Source: Octopus bimaculoides
Lineage: Eukaryota
Length of the DNA: 64,000 bases
Reading direction: 5' to 3'
Assembly: GCF_001194135.2 (NCBI RefSeq)
Contig: NC_068994.1
Location: forward strand, 54,299,157 to 54,363,156
Position 1 is the stretch's first letter, and each line of letters begins with the position of its first letter. Positions 38,452 to 52,709 of the stretch are shown here, piece after piece. The notes beneath the pieces were generated by a model. The model had not been told where the DNA came from. It saw only the letters and a list, made by a program, of their open reading frames with translations, and did no database searches. The translations under genes and the position numbers were made by a program.

Positions 38452-38854
38452 ATCATATATGTATATATTTATTATGTATAACGTACTAATATGTTTATCC
38501 TCAAAATACTATACATATACACGAATGCACACATACACAAACGTGTATGTGTTTACATTTTGTAAATGTTTTTTCAAGTCGATATGTTTTTAAGTTAGAT
38601 ATACTCAGCCAGTGTGAAAGTCGCAAAAACATAATGAATTTCACGATTTTCAATCTAAATACCAATAAAGCTATTTCCCCTCGCCAATTCTTCAGATATT
38701 CTTCCATATTCTCAAAATTACATTTAGTATTTTCAGTTCGACTTTAATTTAACCCATTTCTGACTTGTTCGCGCCGTGATGGTGAATAAACCATTTTAGT
38801 TATTGAGTCATGGTTATAAAGCGTTTCATAATAAAAATCCTTTCTGATATTATT

Positions 38855-39700
38855 ACAAAGCCTGAAATTTGGGGGAGGGGATAATCGATTATATTGGGCC
38901 CAATACTTTATTGGTTCTTCAATTCATCTATCTCCCAAAAGCATAGAAGCGGATGGAAGGCAAAGTTGCTTTTGGTGGGATTCGGACCCCGAATGTAATA
39001 TTAAATAATTAGAACAATGGTTTCAAAATCCGGCAAAAGGCCAGCAATTTCGGGGGACCGGGCTAAGTCGATTACATCGACCCCAGTGATCAACTGGTAC
39101 ATATTTTATCGATCCCAAAAGATTGAAAAGTCTAACAGTAATGATAATAATAATTTTTCCTACATAAGCATAAGACTAGTAATTTTGAAGGGGACTGATG
39201 ATTTCAGGGGTTTAGTGATAGCATCGACCCAGTACTTAACTGGTACTTTATTTATTAGATCTCTCGAAAGGGCGTAAGGCTTAGGGTTAGGGTTACCCCT
39301 AAGTTGCTCCCGGTTGGATTGGAACCCCAAATGTAATAGTTGTAATTATTTCTAATATAAGGCACAAAATTGCAGTTTTGAAGGGAGGAGTTTCAAGGGT
39401 CGGGGGTCAGTCGGTATCATCGATCCCAGTACTTGATTAAGACTATTTTATCGAAACCTTGAAAGGATGGAAGGAAGGCAAAGTTGCCCTCGGCAGAATT
39501 TGAACCCAGATTACAATGATTTCTTTATTGATCACAAAGAATTTACATAAAAAAAACCCCAAAAACAAAACAAAACAAGGTAATAATAATAATTATAATT
39601 ATAATAATTGTTTCTGACATAAGCACAGGGCTTGCAGTTTGGCGGCAAGGTAGTTAGGGGATGAAAAGCTAAGTTGAACTTCGGTGGGTTTTGAACACGG
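38855..39700 (-). mobile_element. Head-to-tail cluster of 4-5 diverged, 5'-truncated SINE family A copies
   Basis: Repeated (AAT)n tail + GGC.CAAG..C..CAATTT..GGG + ATCGACCCAGT..T.AACTGGTAC units at about 38855, 39015, 39165, 39355 and 39615. Confidence 0.7.
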
Positions 39701-40424
39701 AACACAACGAAAGTGGGGCAAATATTTTTGGTAGGCATTTTGTTTTGTGTCCAACACGAAGGGTTTCGTTAATTTTGAAAAATAGGATTTCATCAGAAAT
39801 CTCTCTCTCTCTTCTTCTTCCTCCCCCTCGTGTCACGTCTACAATTACATACATAGACGCATACACACATACGTACATGCATACATACATATCTATATAT
39901 AGAATTGATGTATAAACATATTAAAATACACCCATGTTAATTAAGAGCTCAATTAAATTATGAATTATATATAAAATTTATGCTTTCCATTTTTCATTCT
40001 AAATATATGTATCTGTGTGTGTGTGTGTGTGCGCGCGCGTCTGTCTGCTTGAATGTGTAAATGTATATATATATTTGTGAATTTCTCCACCTACGAAGTC
40101 GAGTGTTGTCCTGTGGTCGGTGGTGGGACTGAAGCTGGAAGTTGTTGCAGTTGATTTGTCTGTTCTCTACGGCGTCACTTTCTTTGCCATACTCACGTAC
40201 ACTCACACTTACATTTATAGGTTCTTCTCGCGCACACACACACACACGTACATGGCTCACTTGTAACTCAGAGAGATCCATACATAGATACATAGATATT
40301 GATTTATCTTAATATGTCGGTCCGTCTATCCCTCTTTTTCTTTATCTCATAGTGTGCGTGTATATATATCTATATAAATGTAAATATCCGTATCTACATA
40401 CGTATGTGTGTGTATATATGTAAA

Positions 40425-40477
<53 letters not shown>

Positions 40478-40482
40478 GTCTG

Positions 40483-40529
<47 letters not shown>

Positions 40530-40995
40530 GTCTCTTTTACTTGTCCCAGTTATTAGATTGCGGCGATGCTGGAGCACCGCCTAGAGTTGAAAAAATTAAA
40601 TGAATTTAGAGAAATAATGAACTAAGTCAAGTGGCGTTGTACTAAATGCTGTTCCTAAGAAATTTGTAAATGTATTGAAATTTCAGTCTTAGATGGAGAA
40701 AGAAAACAAAGGCCTAACGATAGTTGTCAGCGACTCTTAAAATAAAATTTTTAAAAATTCTTTTAAAGAAATTTCGAATTAATTCCATTCAATTACTTTT
40801 AAAGCTTAGAGGAAAATCCGTCTTTGTTGTTTACAGACAAACAAGGGGGGACAAATTACGGGCATGTTTCGGTCTTACTAGATTTTCTCAGCTGAGTCTG
40901 GTCTACTCTCAAACTTGCTTTGTTCAGCAGAGAGTAGTTTTTTTATAGAGGAAAAACAGGTTTCGAAGATAGTTGGCCCGTAGTAATTTGTATTG

Positions 40996-41058
<63 letters not shown>

Positions 41059-42120
41059 NNNNNNNNNNNNNNNNNNNNNNNNNNNNNNNNNNNNNNNNNN
41101 NNNNNNNNNNNNNNNNNNNNNNNNNNNNNNNNNNNNNNNNNNNNNNNNNNNNNNNNNNNNNNNNNNNNNNNNNNNNNNNNNNNNNNNNNNNNNNNNNNNN
41201 NNNNNNNNNNNNNNNNNNNNNNNNNNNNNNNNNNNNNNNNNNNNNNNNNNNNNNNNNNNNNNNNNNNNNNNNNNNNNNNNNNNNNNNNNNNNNNNNNNNN
41301 NNNNNNNNNNNNNNNNNNNNNNNNNNNNNNNNNNNNNNNNNNNNNNNNNNNNNNNNNNNNNNNNNNNNNNNNNNNNNNNNNNNNNNNNNNNNNNNNNNNN
41401 NNNNNNNNNNNNNNNNNNNNNNNNNNNNNNNNNNNNNNNNNNNNNNNNNNNNNNNNNNNNNNNNNNNNNNNNNNNNNNNNNNNNNNNNNNNNNNNNNNNN
41501 NNNNNNNNNNNNNNNNNNNNNNNNNNNNNNNNNNNNNNNNNNNNNNNNNNNNNNNNNNNNNNNNNNNNNNNNNNNNNNNNNNNNNNNNNNNNNNNNNNNN
41601 NNNNNNNNNNNNNNNNNNNNNNNNNNNNNNNNNNNNNNNNNNNNNNNNNNNNNNNNNNNNNNNNNNNNNNNNNNNNNNNNNNNNNNNNNNNNNNNNNNNN
41701 NNNNNNNNNNNNNNNNNNNNNNNNNNNNNNNNNNNNNNNNNNNNNNNNNNNNNNNNNNNNNNNNNNNNNNNNNNNNNNNNNNNNNNNNNNNNNNNNNNNN
41801 NNNNNNNNNNNNNNNNNNNNNNNNNNNNNNNNNNNNNNNNNNNNNNNNNNNNNNNNNNNNNNNNNNNNNNNNNNNNNNNNNNNNNNNNNNNNNNNNNNNN
41901 NNNNNNNNNNNNNNNNNNNNNNNNNNNNNNNNNNNNNNNNNNNNNNNNNNNNNNNTACTACCTCCTCCACCACCACCACCACCACCACCATCACCACCAC
42001 CAACAACAACAGTCATCTTCTAAATAAACTGTTCACTGTAGATCTAGCTTAAATGTCTAGCGCTTGATAACTGTGGGACCTGTAGACCTTACATTAGGCA
42101 TCGTATGATTAAAACAATTA

Positions 42121-42177
<57 letters not shown>

Positions 42178-42599
42178 TTGATAAGTAAAAAAAAAGAAAA
42201 CGAAATTCCTCTCCCTCCCCGCAAACACTTAATTTTTCGCAGAAAAATAAAATAGATAAAGAAACGGAAAAATAAAATTGTCACGACCAGAAAATGCTTC
42301 TTGATCACAGGTTTGCATGACCAGAAGTCGACCTGCAAGGTCTTCAGAACAATGTTCGCGAGTAACCCCCCCCTCTCTCTCTCAGTTACACACGCACACA
42401 CACACAACAAATACGTGCCGCCTTTTTACTACCGCTCTCTCTCTCTCTTTCTTCCTCTCTGTTTTAACTCTTCTTCACCTTCTCCGTATGTTTGTTCGTC
42501 TTGTAGGACCTGATAAATAGATACTTAATCACCTCTCATTTCAAATAAAAAGCTGGAGACCTTTAGGGCAACCTTCACTGGATTCCTTATCCCTCTTCC

Positions 42600-43520
42600 T
42601 CATCGTTGGCAAGCAAGCAGCATATTAGCTGCTTATATTCATTCCTTTTTCATTACCACAAGTTTATTTTCCCTCCTTCTCCTCCATCGTTTTCTTGTCT
42701 ATTTGCTCTTCTTTTTTTTTTTTTATCACATTCGCCATCTCTCGGCATCACTGGATCATCTTTCAATTGTTCGCTTGATTGGAAAACCTTAAATTTTCAT
42801 TCTCGTTTCTTTCTTTCTTTCTCTTTTTTTAATCATCTCGCGCGCTCTTTCAATCCATCTTTAAATCTTTGTCTTCCCCTCTGTCTCTTTCTGCGCTTTC
42901 ACTATTTCTCTCCCCCCTCTCTTTGTCATCTTCTCTTTCTCCTTCCCATTTTGCCCCTTCGTTTTTCTTTTCTTCCTTCTTACCTGTTTCTCTTCACCTT
43001 CCTCGCGTCTTCCTCTCTCTATTTCTCTCATTTTCTCTGTCTCCCCCATCGCCCTTTTTCTACCCTTTCGTGTTTTCCTCTCCCACTTCTCCCCCGTTTT
43101 TTCTCTTTTTCTTGTATTCCCCCTCTTTCTATCTTCCTAGTTTTTCATGTTTTACTCTCTTTCTCATTGCGTTTTCTTTTCACCCCTTTATTTTCTTACT
43201 CTTGTTTTCCATTTGTCCCTTGCCTTTTCTCACTGTTATTCTCTCATTCTCTCTCTCTCCGATTTCCTTTTCTCCTTCATTCTATTTCTTATATATCTCC
43301 CCCCACTTTTTATTTCATTTAATTTCCCACCGGATCACCTTCCTCTGCCGTTTTCGCTCCTATCTTTTCTCCCCAGTTCCATTAAACTTTAACCCTTTTC
43401 ACTACTCACGTTCTTTTCCCTTCTTTTCCATTTTCTGACGCTAGTCTTCACTCACACTCTGCTTGCTGAGAGTCACTCTCTACTCGAAACTACCTTTGCC
43501 CTTCACTCCTTTTCTCCTCT
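42600..43520. repeat. Strand-asymmetric polypyrimidine (CT-rich) tract
   Basis: Directly visible; explains the F/L/S-rich 238-aa and 189-aa ORFs. Confidence 0.9.
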
Positions 43521-44382
43521 TCCACAATTTCTTCGGAACATTTAGTTAACCTCAAACCTGCGGTCGACACTGAAATGGCCGTCATACGCAGAGTTAGACA
43601 ACCGTCCTCAGCCGACGTGTTCAAGTCCTCTCGGCAACCTGGCGCGATAACTTCTCTTGGAGGGTTGACTGGTTACATGCACGGAGGTGTATACGTGGGT
43701 GGCATTCTGTAGTCAGTGTAGAATCCAAATTGATTCAAAACCCATCAAAAATCATCTCGTTACTGCTGTAGATGAATGTTACAGAGCAGCCGATTGAAAC
43801 ATCTTAAAATAGTAGCGTTTAGTTTTTCGTCCCACGAGAAATAGCTACCAGCCATTTTATCATGACAGTGGACAAAAGAAGAATTAATTCAACTGATTGT
43901 ATATAGTCTGCTCCGAAAAAAAATTGTCGCCTGGAGTTTAATTCGAAAAAATCATCATCATTATCTTTGTCGTTATCATCCTCATTATTAATCTGGGTAA
44001 AGCAGCGGGGTGGCAGAATCGTTAAGCGCATCAAAGAAAAATTCTAGCAGTATTACTTCCAGCTTCGTTACGTTCTCAGTTCGAATTCTGTCGGAGTCAA
44101 CTTCGTCTCTCGTCCTTCCTAAAGTAACTGTCAAGTACTGGAGGTCGATGTTATCGATTTGCACCCCCTTCCACTCCTCCCAAAAATGACTGACCTTGTG
44201 CCAAAATTAGAATCATTAATCCGGGTGGGATTGAAATAATAAGTACTAGTCAAGTACCGAATTCGATCTGATCGATTATATCTGACTTCTCCATCTCCCT
44301 GTTTCTAGATTGGTTTGTGTTTTCGTACCTCGGTTAAAAATGATTAGCTTTTACACATTAATGCTGTCTCCCCCCCCCCGCC

Positions 44383-44422
<40 letters not shown>

Positions 44423-45129
44423 CATGTATATACACACACACACACACACGCGTATCTATCTCGCTCTCATAAGAAAGGTACTGAAATGGTAGAATTGTTA
44501 GAGCATCGGACAAAGTGTCATGAAATATTATTCTGTCTCCCAACATTCCGTGTTCAAATTCCACTGCGATCAACGTGTTCAGTTTTGCATTTCATTCTAT
44601 CACAATCGATAAAATAAAGTACCAGTCAAGTAATAGACTTGATAGTAACTAATTGTTATTGATATCTTCTCATATCTTTAGCCTTGCGTCTCTATATAAA
44701 ATCGTTGTTGTTGATAAGAGTGTGATTAGAATAGAATCGACAGGATTTAGCGAAGAAGCAGCGATAGATAAGGGTAGATTAGAAGGGAAGCTAGTGCACG
44801 AATCAGAGGAGGCGATTAGAAAAGGTATCAAGACCGACGTGTAGACACAGAGCGGGGTCTATCGACTATTTCTTCAATGCCATACACAAAAGTTTCCTTG
44901 TCATTTAAGGTGTGTGCTGTTAGACATGAGAGGAAAGAAGAGCCCTCATTCGATTGGCCCAGGTAGTGGAGTCACGACGTAGGAATATAACCACAGTTTG
45001 TTCTCTTACCGATCGAGACGGGTCAGTCTGGTTGAAGAGTCGAAACATGCCCAGTTGTGTAAGTCAAAACCGAAGCGCTTCTGGGGAAAAGACCCTCGAT
45101 AATTTCCGATTAGTAAATTCTTGAACGCA

Positions 45130-45415
45130 TAAAAGTTTTAGTGGGGCAACAGAAACAATAGTTAAGGAAGTCCCCTAGACATTACTGTCCTGTGTCCTAG
45201 GAGTCATAGGACTGGCTACCCGGTTTCCATGGGGTGTTAGTGACTGATGTAACAAAATTCTTCTGAACAGGATGTCTGTTACCAGGTTATCCATTTACTG
45301 CTGGGTGGACTAGAGCAACGTAAATAGAAGAGAACAGCGCGCCTCTGGATCCGGGAATCGAAACCACGATTTTGCAATCGTGAATACAACCTAACCACTA
45401 GACCACGCGCCGTCA
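45130..45415 (-). mobile_element. tRNA-derived SINE with a distinct central domain (Meta/V-SINE-like, tentative)
   Basis: Minus strand has A-box GTGGTCTAGTGGTTAGG, B-box GTTTCGATTCCC, then GTTGCTCTAGTCCACCCAGCAGTAAATGG and CATGGAAACCGGG. Superfamily assignment is from memory of consensus motifs. Confidence 0.55.
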
Positions 45416-45466
45416 CAGAAACGATAGGGAGACCAGAGTAAATATTGCTTTGCAATACAATACTTG

Positions 45467-45958
45467 ATATCAGTGAAAGTCGTGCGAGTCTGTACAAACA
45501 TGATAATATGATAACCATCAGCTTTGTTATTGTGGGTTGGGCAGTAGCGGTAGAGACAAGCAAGATGCCATCGTGTAATTCATTATGGCCTTGTGCATTC
45601 TTGGTTCAAATACCGCCAAGGTCAACTTCATCTTTCTGGTGTCGGTGAAAGAAAAGTAACAATTAAGTACTGGAGTCAATATGATGCACGGACCCTTTTC
45701 TCCTCACATTTGTGCTTTTGTGGCCGAAGATAAACAGTGTCCTTAGGGCGTCGGACATAAATACTCTGTGGTATTTGTTTCGACACCAGAAAGATGAAGT
45801 TGACCTTGGCGGTATTTGAACCAAGAATGCACAAGGCCATAACGAATTACACGATGGCATCTTGCTTGTCTCTACCGCTACTGCCCAACCCACAATAACA
45901 AAGCTGATGGTTATCATATTATCATGTTTGTACAGACTCGCACGACTTTCACTGATAT
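45467..45958. repeat. Near-perfect inverted duplication: 178-bp arms, 136-bp spacer, 1 mismatch
   Basis: 45467-45644 equals the reverse complement of 45781-45958 except A45582 opposite C45843. Confidence 0.95.
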
Positions 45959-45960
45959 AA

Positions 45961-46198
45961 GGCGGCGAGCTGGCAGAAACGTTAGCACGCCGGGCGCAAT
46001 GCTTCGCGGTATTTCGTCTGCCACTGCGTTCTGAGTTCAAATTCCGCCGAGGTTGACTTTGCCCTTCATCCTTTCGGGGTCGATAAATTAAGTACCAGTT
46101 ACGCACTGGGGTCGATATAATCGACTTAATCCGTTTGTCTGTCCTTGTTTGTCCCCTCTGTGTGTAGCCCCTTGTGGGCAGTAAAGAAATAGGTATTT
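45961..46198 (+). mobile_element. SINE family A, full-length, low-divergence copy
   Basis: GGCGGCGAGCTGGCAGAAACGTTAGCACGCCGGGCG...GAGTTCAAATTCC (B-box)...GCCCCTTGTGGGCAGTAAAGAAATAGGTATTT. Confidence 0.92.
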
Positions 46199-47329
46199 GT
46201 TTCGGCTGTTTACGTTCTGGGTTGAAATCCAACTGAGATCAAATTTACTTTCATTCTTCGGGGGCTGGGGGTCGATAAAATAATGTTCCAGTCAAGTACT
46301 AGGATGTCATTTTAATCGACTGAGCCTGTCACCCAAATCTGTGACCTTGTTCATTAATAGAATCGTTAAAACGCTGTAGAAAGTAGAAAATGCCATGGAC
46401 TTCCGGCTCTCTACGTTCCGAGTTCAAATCCCGCCAAGGTCAACTTCGTCTTTTATACTTTCGAGGTCGGGAAAATTAAGTATCAACGAAGTATTGGAAA
46501 CGATGAATGTTATCGATTAATTTCCACACTCCAAATGTCACGTTCCTCTTCCTACCCTCCAAAACAACCCACTGAAATTCCTATACTCAGTGTTTTGACG
46601 AAGGCCGCGAGACAAAAAAAAGAAAGAAAGAAGAAATTAGTATTTATATACCAAAGTAATCTGAGGCATTCGCACTATTTCTAAATTTCATGTGGCACAG
46701 TCCAACCCAAACAACAAAAACGAGCGGCTGGAATCTTTTATGGCACACGGTGAAGGAAAGAACTATGCCAGATATTGGTTATTAACCGAGTCGTGTTCTT
46801 CAGCTGAGCGAGCCTCGTATTCCGTGTCTTATCCACTTAGCTGTAATGATTGCCCCCAACCCGCCAGTTTTTAAATTAGATTTCTTACTCTTTACACGAC
46901 TTCACATTTAGTGAATGGACGAGCTGTGGTGGTGGGTGCTGATGAGGTGGAGGATAGCAGTGGAGGGTGATGATGGTAGATAATGGTTGTGGTTATGGAG
47001 TGGACGGAAGGAGAACACGAGATATAGTGGTAATAATCTGTCTCCCATTTCTTTTTGTTGTTGTTGCTAAGGTGTCATATAAACGGTAGTATGATTCAAA
47101 GCCGGCTGCTAGGTGCTGGCAGTGATGGATTTAGAAGATAAGCTAAGCAACTTCCAGTTTAAAGACTCAATCCACAGGGACGTCACAATCATGTAAAAGG
47201 CGTAATGTTTTCAATTTTCGTGAGATCTTCTGGTGCTGTTTTTTAACACGGAACCTGCGAACTTTTTATATATGTAGTTTTACCATCTCTACTTACGGCG
47301 TCGAAGGGGGATGTTGTTAGTCTACAGCG

Positions 47330-47857
47330 TCCGCCAATTTTAATTAACAACCTTTACTCTGAACGATCCAATGAGATGGCTTCTATGAAGACGTTTGACT
47401 GACTAGAAATAGCAGCAAACTTGCCTTCAAATTACACCTTACTGCTTTAAAATAATTGACACATTGCTAAAAAAAATAAACCGAGGGAGATGTCCAGCGA
47501 CGTCTTAAGGCACAGACACACGGGGAAATTGTTCAGGGGTCTCTTGGGTCGAGGGGTCCTAATTCGGATCTATGTATGTTGTGGATTGCTGTCAGTTAAG
47601 AACAATAAGGCCCATTGTCTTAATTTTTGCCTCGAGGACTTATAATGGTGCTAAGACAGCCCTGGGGATGTCATGATTGTAAAGACTTTGATTGCAGGTC
47701 TGCTCGTTCAAGGACGGCTTGGGGCTAAACAACAACGGCATCATCATCATCGTCATCGTCAACGACGAAGCCTCTATGTGGTCGTTTAACCTACTAGAAA
47801 TAGTAGCCAAATTTCATTTCAAACCACACACAACTATCATAAAATAAAGGCAGGGTG

Positions 47858-47888
<31 letters not shown>

Positions 47889-47955
47889 CACACGCACTTA
47901 CACACACACATTTGATAATGTAGTCCTTGATACACTGCGGAAAAAGAAAATGTCT

Positions 47956-47993
<38 letters not shown>

Positions 47994-48240
47994 AACCAGA
48001 AAAAACAAATGCAGGATGATCACCTCTGGAATGGCTTCTAAAATAGGTCTGCTTGACCCGTGCTAGACAACTCTTATTATCACCAATAATGAAATGGTGG
48101 TGGGGGTGACACATATCCGATAATGCAATCCTTTGTACAGTCTGCACTCCACCAAAAAATAAATAAATAAAATAAAAGAAACCAATGGTCACGGTTGGAA
48201 TGGCTTTGATCATAGGTCTGCTTGACCAATGCTTGACAAC
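47330..48240. mobile_element. Fragments of repeat family E (GACCTGCTAGAAATAGCAGCCAAA / AGCAGACCTATGATCAAAG)
   Basis: Motifs recur at about 47395, 47690, 47785, 48040 and 48210, and at 50700, 51430, 54690, 57310 and 63560. Confidence 0.65.
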
Positions 48241-48596
48241 CACCACCACCACCACCACCATCGCCACAATCAACTGTATATCTTAATTATTTTTAGTATA
48301 CTTCTGTCATTGTCCTGCACCATTTTTATTTGCATAGCAACCTACTACCATCGCAAATATTCATCTAACGTAATACTATACACCCGTCCTCTCTCTACAC
48401 GCTCGTTAGGTCCTCCTTTTCTTTCTCTTTGTTAATTTTGCTTGGTTTCAAATGCGATAATTGAAAACTGTCAACGAAGTACACACACACACACACACAC
48501 ACACGAACGCTCATATATATACATGTATGCGTATATAGATACGTATGTGCGTTTGTATGTCTATGTATGTATGTAAATAGAAACCAGTGAAAGAAT

Positions 48597-48634
<38 letters not shown>

Positions 48635-48820
48635 CAATTTAGAAGCGTTTACCATTTACCATTAATTACACTGATTTGAAGAGTGGAACTACTGATTTTT
48701 TTTTCTGCTTCTCCACTTTTTGTGATGTATGCGTACGTTGTAATTATACCACACATACACACACATATAGAAAGAAAGATAGCGAGAGAGGAAGAGAGAA
48801 AGAAAGAGAGAAAGAAAGAG

Positions 48821-48857
<37 letters not shown>

Positions 48858-48858
48858 C

Positions 48859-48889
<31 letters not shown>

Positions 48890-51800
48890 CCAAGGGCTTC
48901 AGAGCACCCGAGCACCCGGAAGCAAATATCTATGACGTCCCCCAATTTTAATTAACAAGGCATTAGTGAAAGGCCCTTAGAGAATTTCTTTCCCCGTTAA
49001 GTCTGTGCCCAACGGTTGAATTCCTTCCTCGCCCCGTTCTCGCTACGCTGCTGATGTATATATATGTATATATATAACTGTTNNNNNNNNNNNNNNNNNN
49101 NNNNNNNNNNNNNNNNNNNNNNNNNNNNNNNNNNNNNNNNNNNNNNNNNNNNNNNNNNNNNNNNNNNNNNNNNNNNNNNNNNNNNNNNNNNNNNNNNNNN
49201 NNNNNNNNNNNNNNNNNNNNNNNNNNNNNNNNNNNNNNNNNNNNNNNNNNNNNNNNNNNNNNNNNNATATATATATATATAACAGTTTTTATTTTATTGT
49301 TATTTTCATTTCCCGTTATTAAAATACAAAACTAACAAAGTGTTCTTCCTTATCAGATTCGAAGCTACATTACCGCCACTGTCCTAACCCGAACTCTTTC
49401 TCTATAATTGTTTTTCTTGTATTTTCTTTTCTTTTCGTCGTCTTCCTTCGTTTGTGGGTGGGTTTTCTTTCGTCTCGTCTTGTAGCAACATCTTATAATA
49501 CTTATCACCACAACCATCTCTTCCTCCCCGCCGCCGCCGCCGCCGCCTACTAAATTCTAGTAGCTTTCTTTGCCATTGTTGTCGTCTTCGTCATTCATTT
49601 ACCCATTCACGTCTAGGATGCATTATACAAGAATGTGCATTTTAAGAATTTTCTAAACTTCGGGAGAGCATGAAATAATTCCATGTTCTTTTTTTTTTCT
49701 TTTGGAATAGCAAGACTGGAAGCAGATAAACACTATAAACAAAAGCGTGTAAATATGATCAAAAAAAGTTTTGGATAGAAAAAATCGAAGGTTGCCCTTG
49801 GGACACGAAACTTCCTACCCACCCATGTATATATATAAAGAGAGAGAAAGAGAAAGGAAAGATTAGTTTTAGGATTCATTAGAATCTAGGTTCATCAACA
49901 CGGGACTCCAGAAATGGCTAAGTACCATAATATAGGGTTAACAATGGGGTAAAATAACCATGAAAGTATAATTTGGATATTGTAGATATATAAGTACCAA
50001 ATCAAATTTAAACCGTAGATCCGACTCACGGCTGGTTCTAGGTGCGGCGTGTGTTCTTATATATATATACATATATATAAAATGGAATCGACTCTACTGC
50101 TTGACTGGTTTTTTTATATTATCTATATCCTGAGACTGAAGTCGACCTCGGCTGGATTTGAACTCAGTTGCTGCTACTACTCTTGCTGCTTGTGGTGAGC
50201 GAATGTCTATGCAGAACATTTTACAATACAATCACTTCCCTCATAAATTCGCGTAGTATAACCTAGGACCACGTCTCTGGATATACCCCCTTGTATGAAT
50301 TAATTTACCGTTAACCCTAGGATGCAATTGGGCGGCAAACCTGGTTGCTATTCCTTCTGTTTATTGAATTAGTAACGTTGTTCTGAGGGCGATATCGCTG
50401 CGACTTCTAACAGGTCGATCAACTGCATACGGGTTCCGTCATTCGTTCGACTTGGATTTGAGTCTGTTTAACCCATGGAAAGCAATTTTACGAATGAGAA
50501 AAATATTTGGCAATGTTGGAATTCTCTCTCCTTCTTTACCCAATGTGGTTTTCATCTCTTTTCTTTCTTTCTTTTGTCTCCCCCCCTCTCTCTCTTCGTA
50601 GGGTCAACATTTTAAATTGATGGTGGACGAGAGGACTCAGACGTTGGCTGACTTCCACACGGAAACACAAACGTTAGGGGGGGGGGGCTTCGTGTGGTTG
50701 TTTGACCTCCTAGAAATAGCAGCCCAAGCTACCTAAAACCACACTGCTGTCTTTAGAACGGAGAAACAAGGATAACACAATTATGTGTGTGTGCTTGTGT
50801 GTATGGTCTAAATAAAAGATGAAGTGGTCACGCCTGGAATGTCGTCCTGGGATTAAAGAAACAGTACAAACGGCTTATACACACATAACATATATGTCTA
50901 TGTGTCTATGTAAATGTATACATGATATATGTATACGTAATATAATACACACACACACACACACACACATGCACTTCCAAAATATTGCTATCGCCATTTC
51001 TTGCTCAACTTAATCTCCTGGAATTATTATAATTATATGCACGTTTATCAATCAAATCACGGAAGGAACAACGGTCGCGCGCGTTAATACGTATGTGTGA
51101 GTCTGCATGTGCGCGTGCGTGCATCTGTTATGTTATATAGGTATGTGTGTATATGTGTGTGTATATGTGATGAGGAAACTGTTTGGTGCTTATTGCTGTG
51201 CTGGTGATGTTTATATGTGAGTATGGTTCGTAGTGGTGGTAGTGGTGGTGTTTATGTGGAAATTGTAGTAGTTTTGGCTTGTTGATATGTACGGGTAAAG
51301 AGGCTATTACTGGTACAAATGTAGCACCAGGACGACTACGATGAAGCATGGCGTTCCAACCATGACCGTCTTAAGGATTACCTTCGTCTTGAGTTGTTTT
51401 TTCTTTTTCAAGGGCGCAGTTTGAGGGATATTAGGGTGCTATTTCTAGCAAGTCAGGTGTGTGTGTGCGTGTGTGTGCGCGCGCGTATGTATGTATGTGT
51501 ATGTGTGTGTGTGTGTATGTGTGTGTGTATTATGCTGTATAGTAGGGTTTGGTGGTGGTGTCTGGGACATTGTCAGATCGAGTAAACCTATGATCAAATC
51601 AGAAACGTTCCACCCGCGACCATCCCGTCCATTTGATATATATGACGTATCAAAACAAAAAAAAAATAATAAAACCTCCACATCAGCCAATATTTTCCTT
51701 TACCCTGATGTTCAGAAATGTAGATTTGAGGGAGATTTTGACTGTTATTTCTTGCAAACGGAGTGACCACATAGGCGCTCCCTCGTTGGTTGGTTTATGT

Positions 51801-52152
51801 GTCAGGGTGTGTGGGTGGCGATGGCGGTGTGGAAGCTCTTATGTGCAACTTTGTATGTTTAAATAAAAGCGAAATATTGATTTATTTCGTAGACACAAGG
51901 TCTCCTCCGATGTATGCTTGTGTATGTGTGCGTGCGTGTGTGCATGCGTGTGAGTGTATGTATGTATGTATGTATGTATGTATGTATGTATGTATGTATA
52001 TATAGTGAGAGGGAGAAAGAGAGAGAGGGAGAGAGACAGAGTGAGTGTTCATACATACACATGTATATGTGTGTATATTTGTAAATATATATATATATGT
52101 AAATATGTGCGTCTGCGTGTATATGTATGTATCTATTTATCTATCTATATAT

Positions 52153-52224
<72 letters not shown>

Positions 52225-52709
52225 AAGCGAGAGAGAGAGAGAGATTGCGAAATGTCTTAGAGCTCAAGGAATATTGTTAACCATTTTCCTCCCTCCCCGC
52301 CAAAAATGTGTCACGGTTTTGTCAAGACTCCATTTACGGTTTGTCTCAAAACGAGATCACTTGATGTACGCTTGGTAAAACTTCAGGATTACCCACTTTT
52401 GTGCGAATGCGTGCGTGCGTGTGTGTGTGTGTGTGTATGTGTGTGTGTGTGTGTGCATATATAATATATATATAAAGCACACTTACATGCAGTCATTCAT
52501 ATATTCACACAAGGACATGCTAATATTGCATTCCACGCATTCATTGACACAAAATACAAACACTCGTAATTATAAACCACATATATACATACATGACTGT
52601 ATGTATGTATGTATGTATGTATGACCTGTCAAACTTACTAATTACGTACTCGCAGAAACGCGCATAAAAATGGATACGTGCGTGCGTGTGTATATATATA
52701 TATATATTA

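Noticed and set aside
39279-39296. TTAGGGTTAGGGTTA telomere-like motif
   Set aside because: Only about 2.5 units; expected by chance or as part of a repeat.
39740-39800. Minus-strand CTGATGA...GAAAC spacing
   Set aside because: Neither helix I nor helix II can form.
43575-43712. 45-codon ORF MAVIRRVRQPSSADVFKSSRQPG...
   Set aside because: Short, no recognisable homology and no clear splice signals.
44690-45125. Possible Penelope N-terminal ORF relic on minus (FPSNLPLSIAASS)
   Set aside because: Only one short motif resembles the family, with many stops; similar uncertainty for 14640-14990 and an RTE-like trace at 32000-32220.
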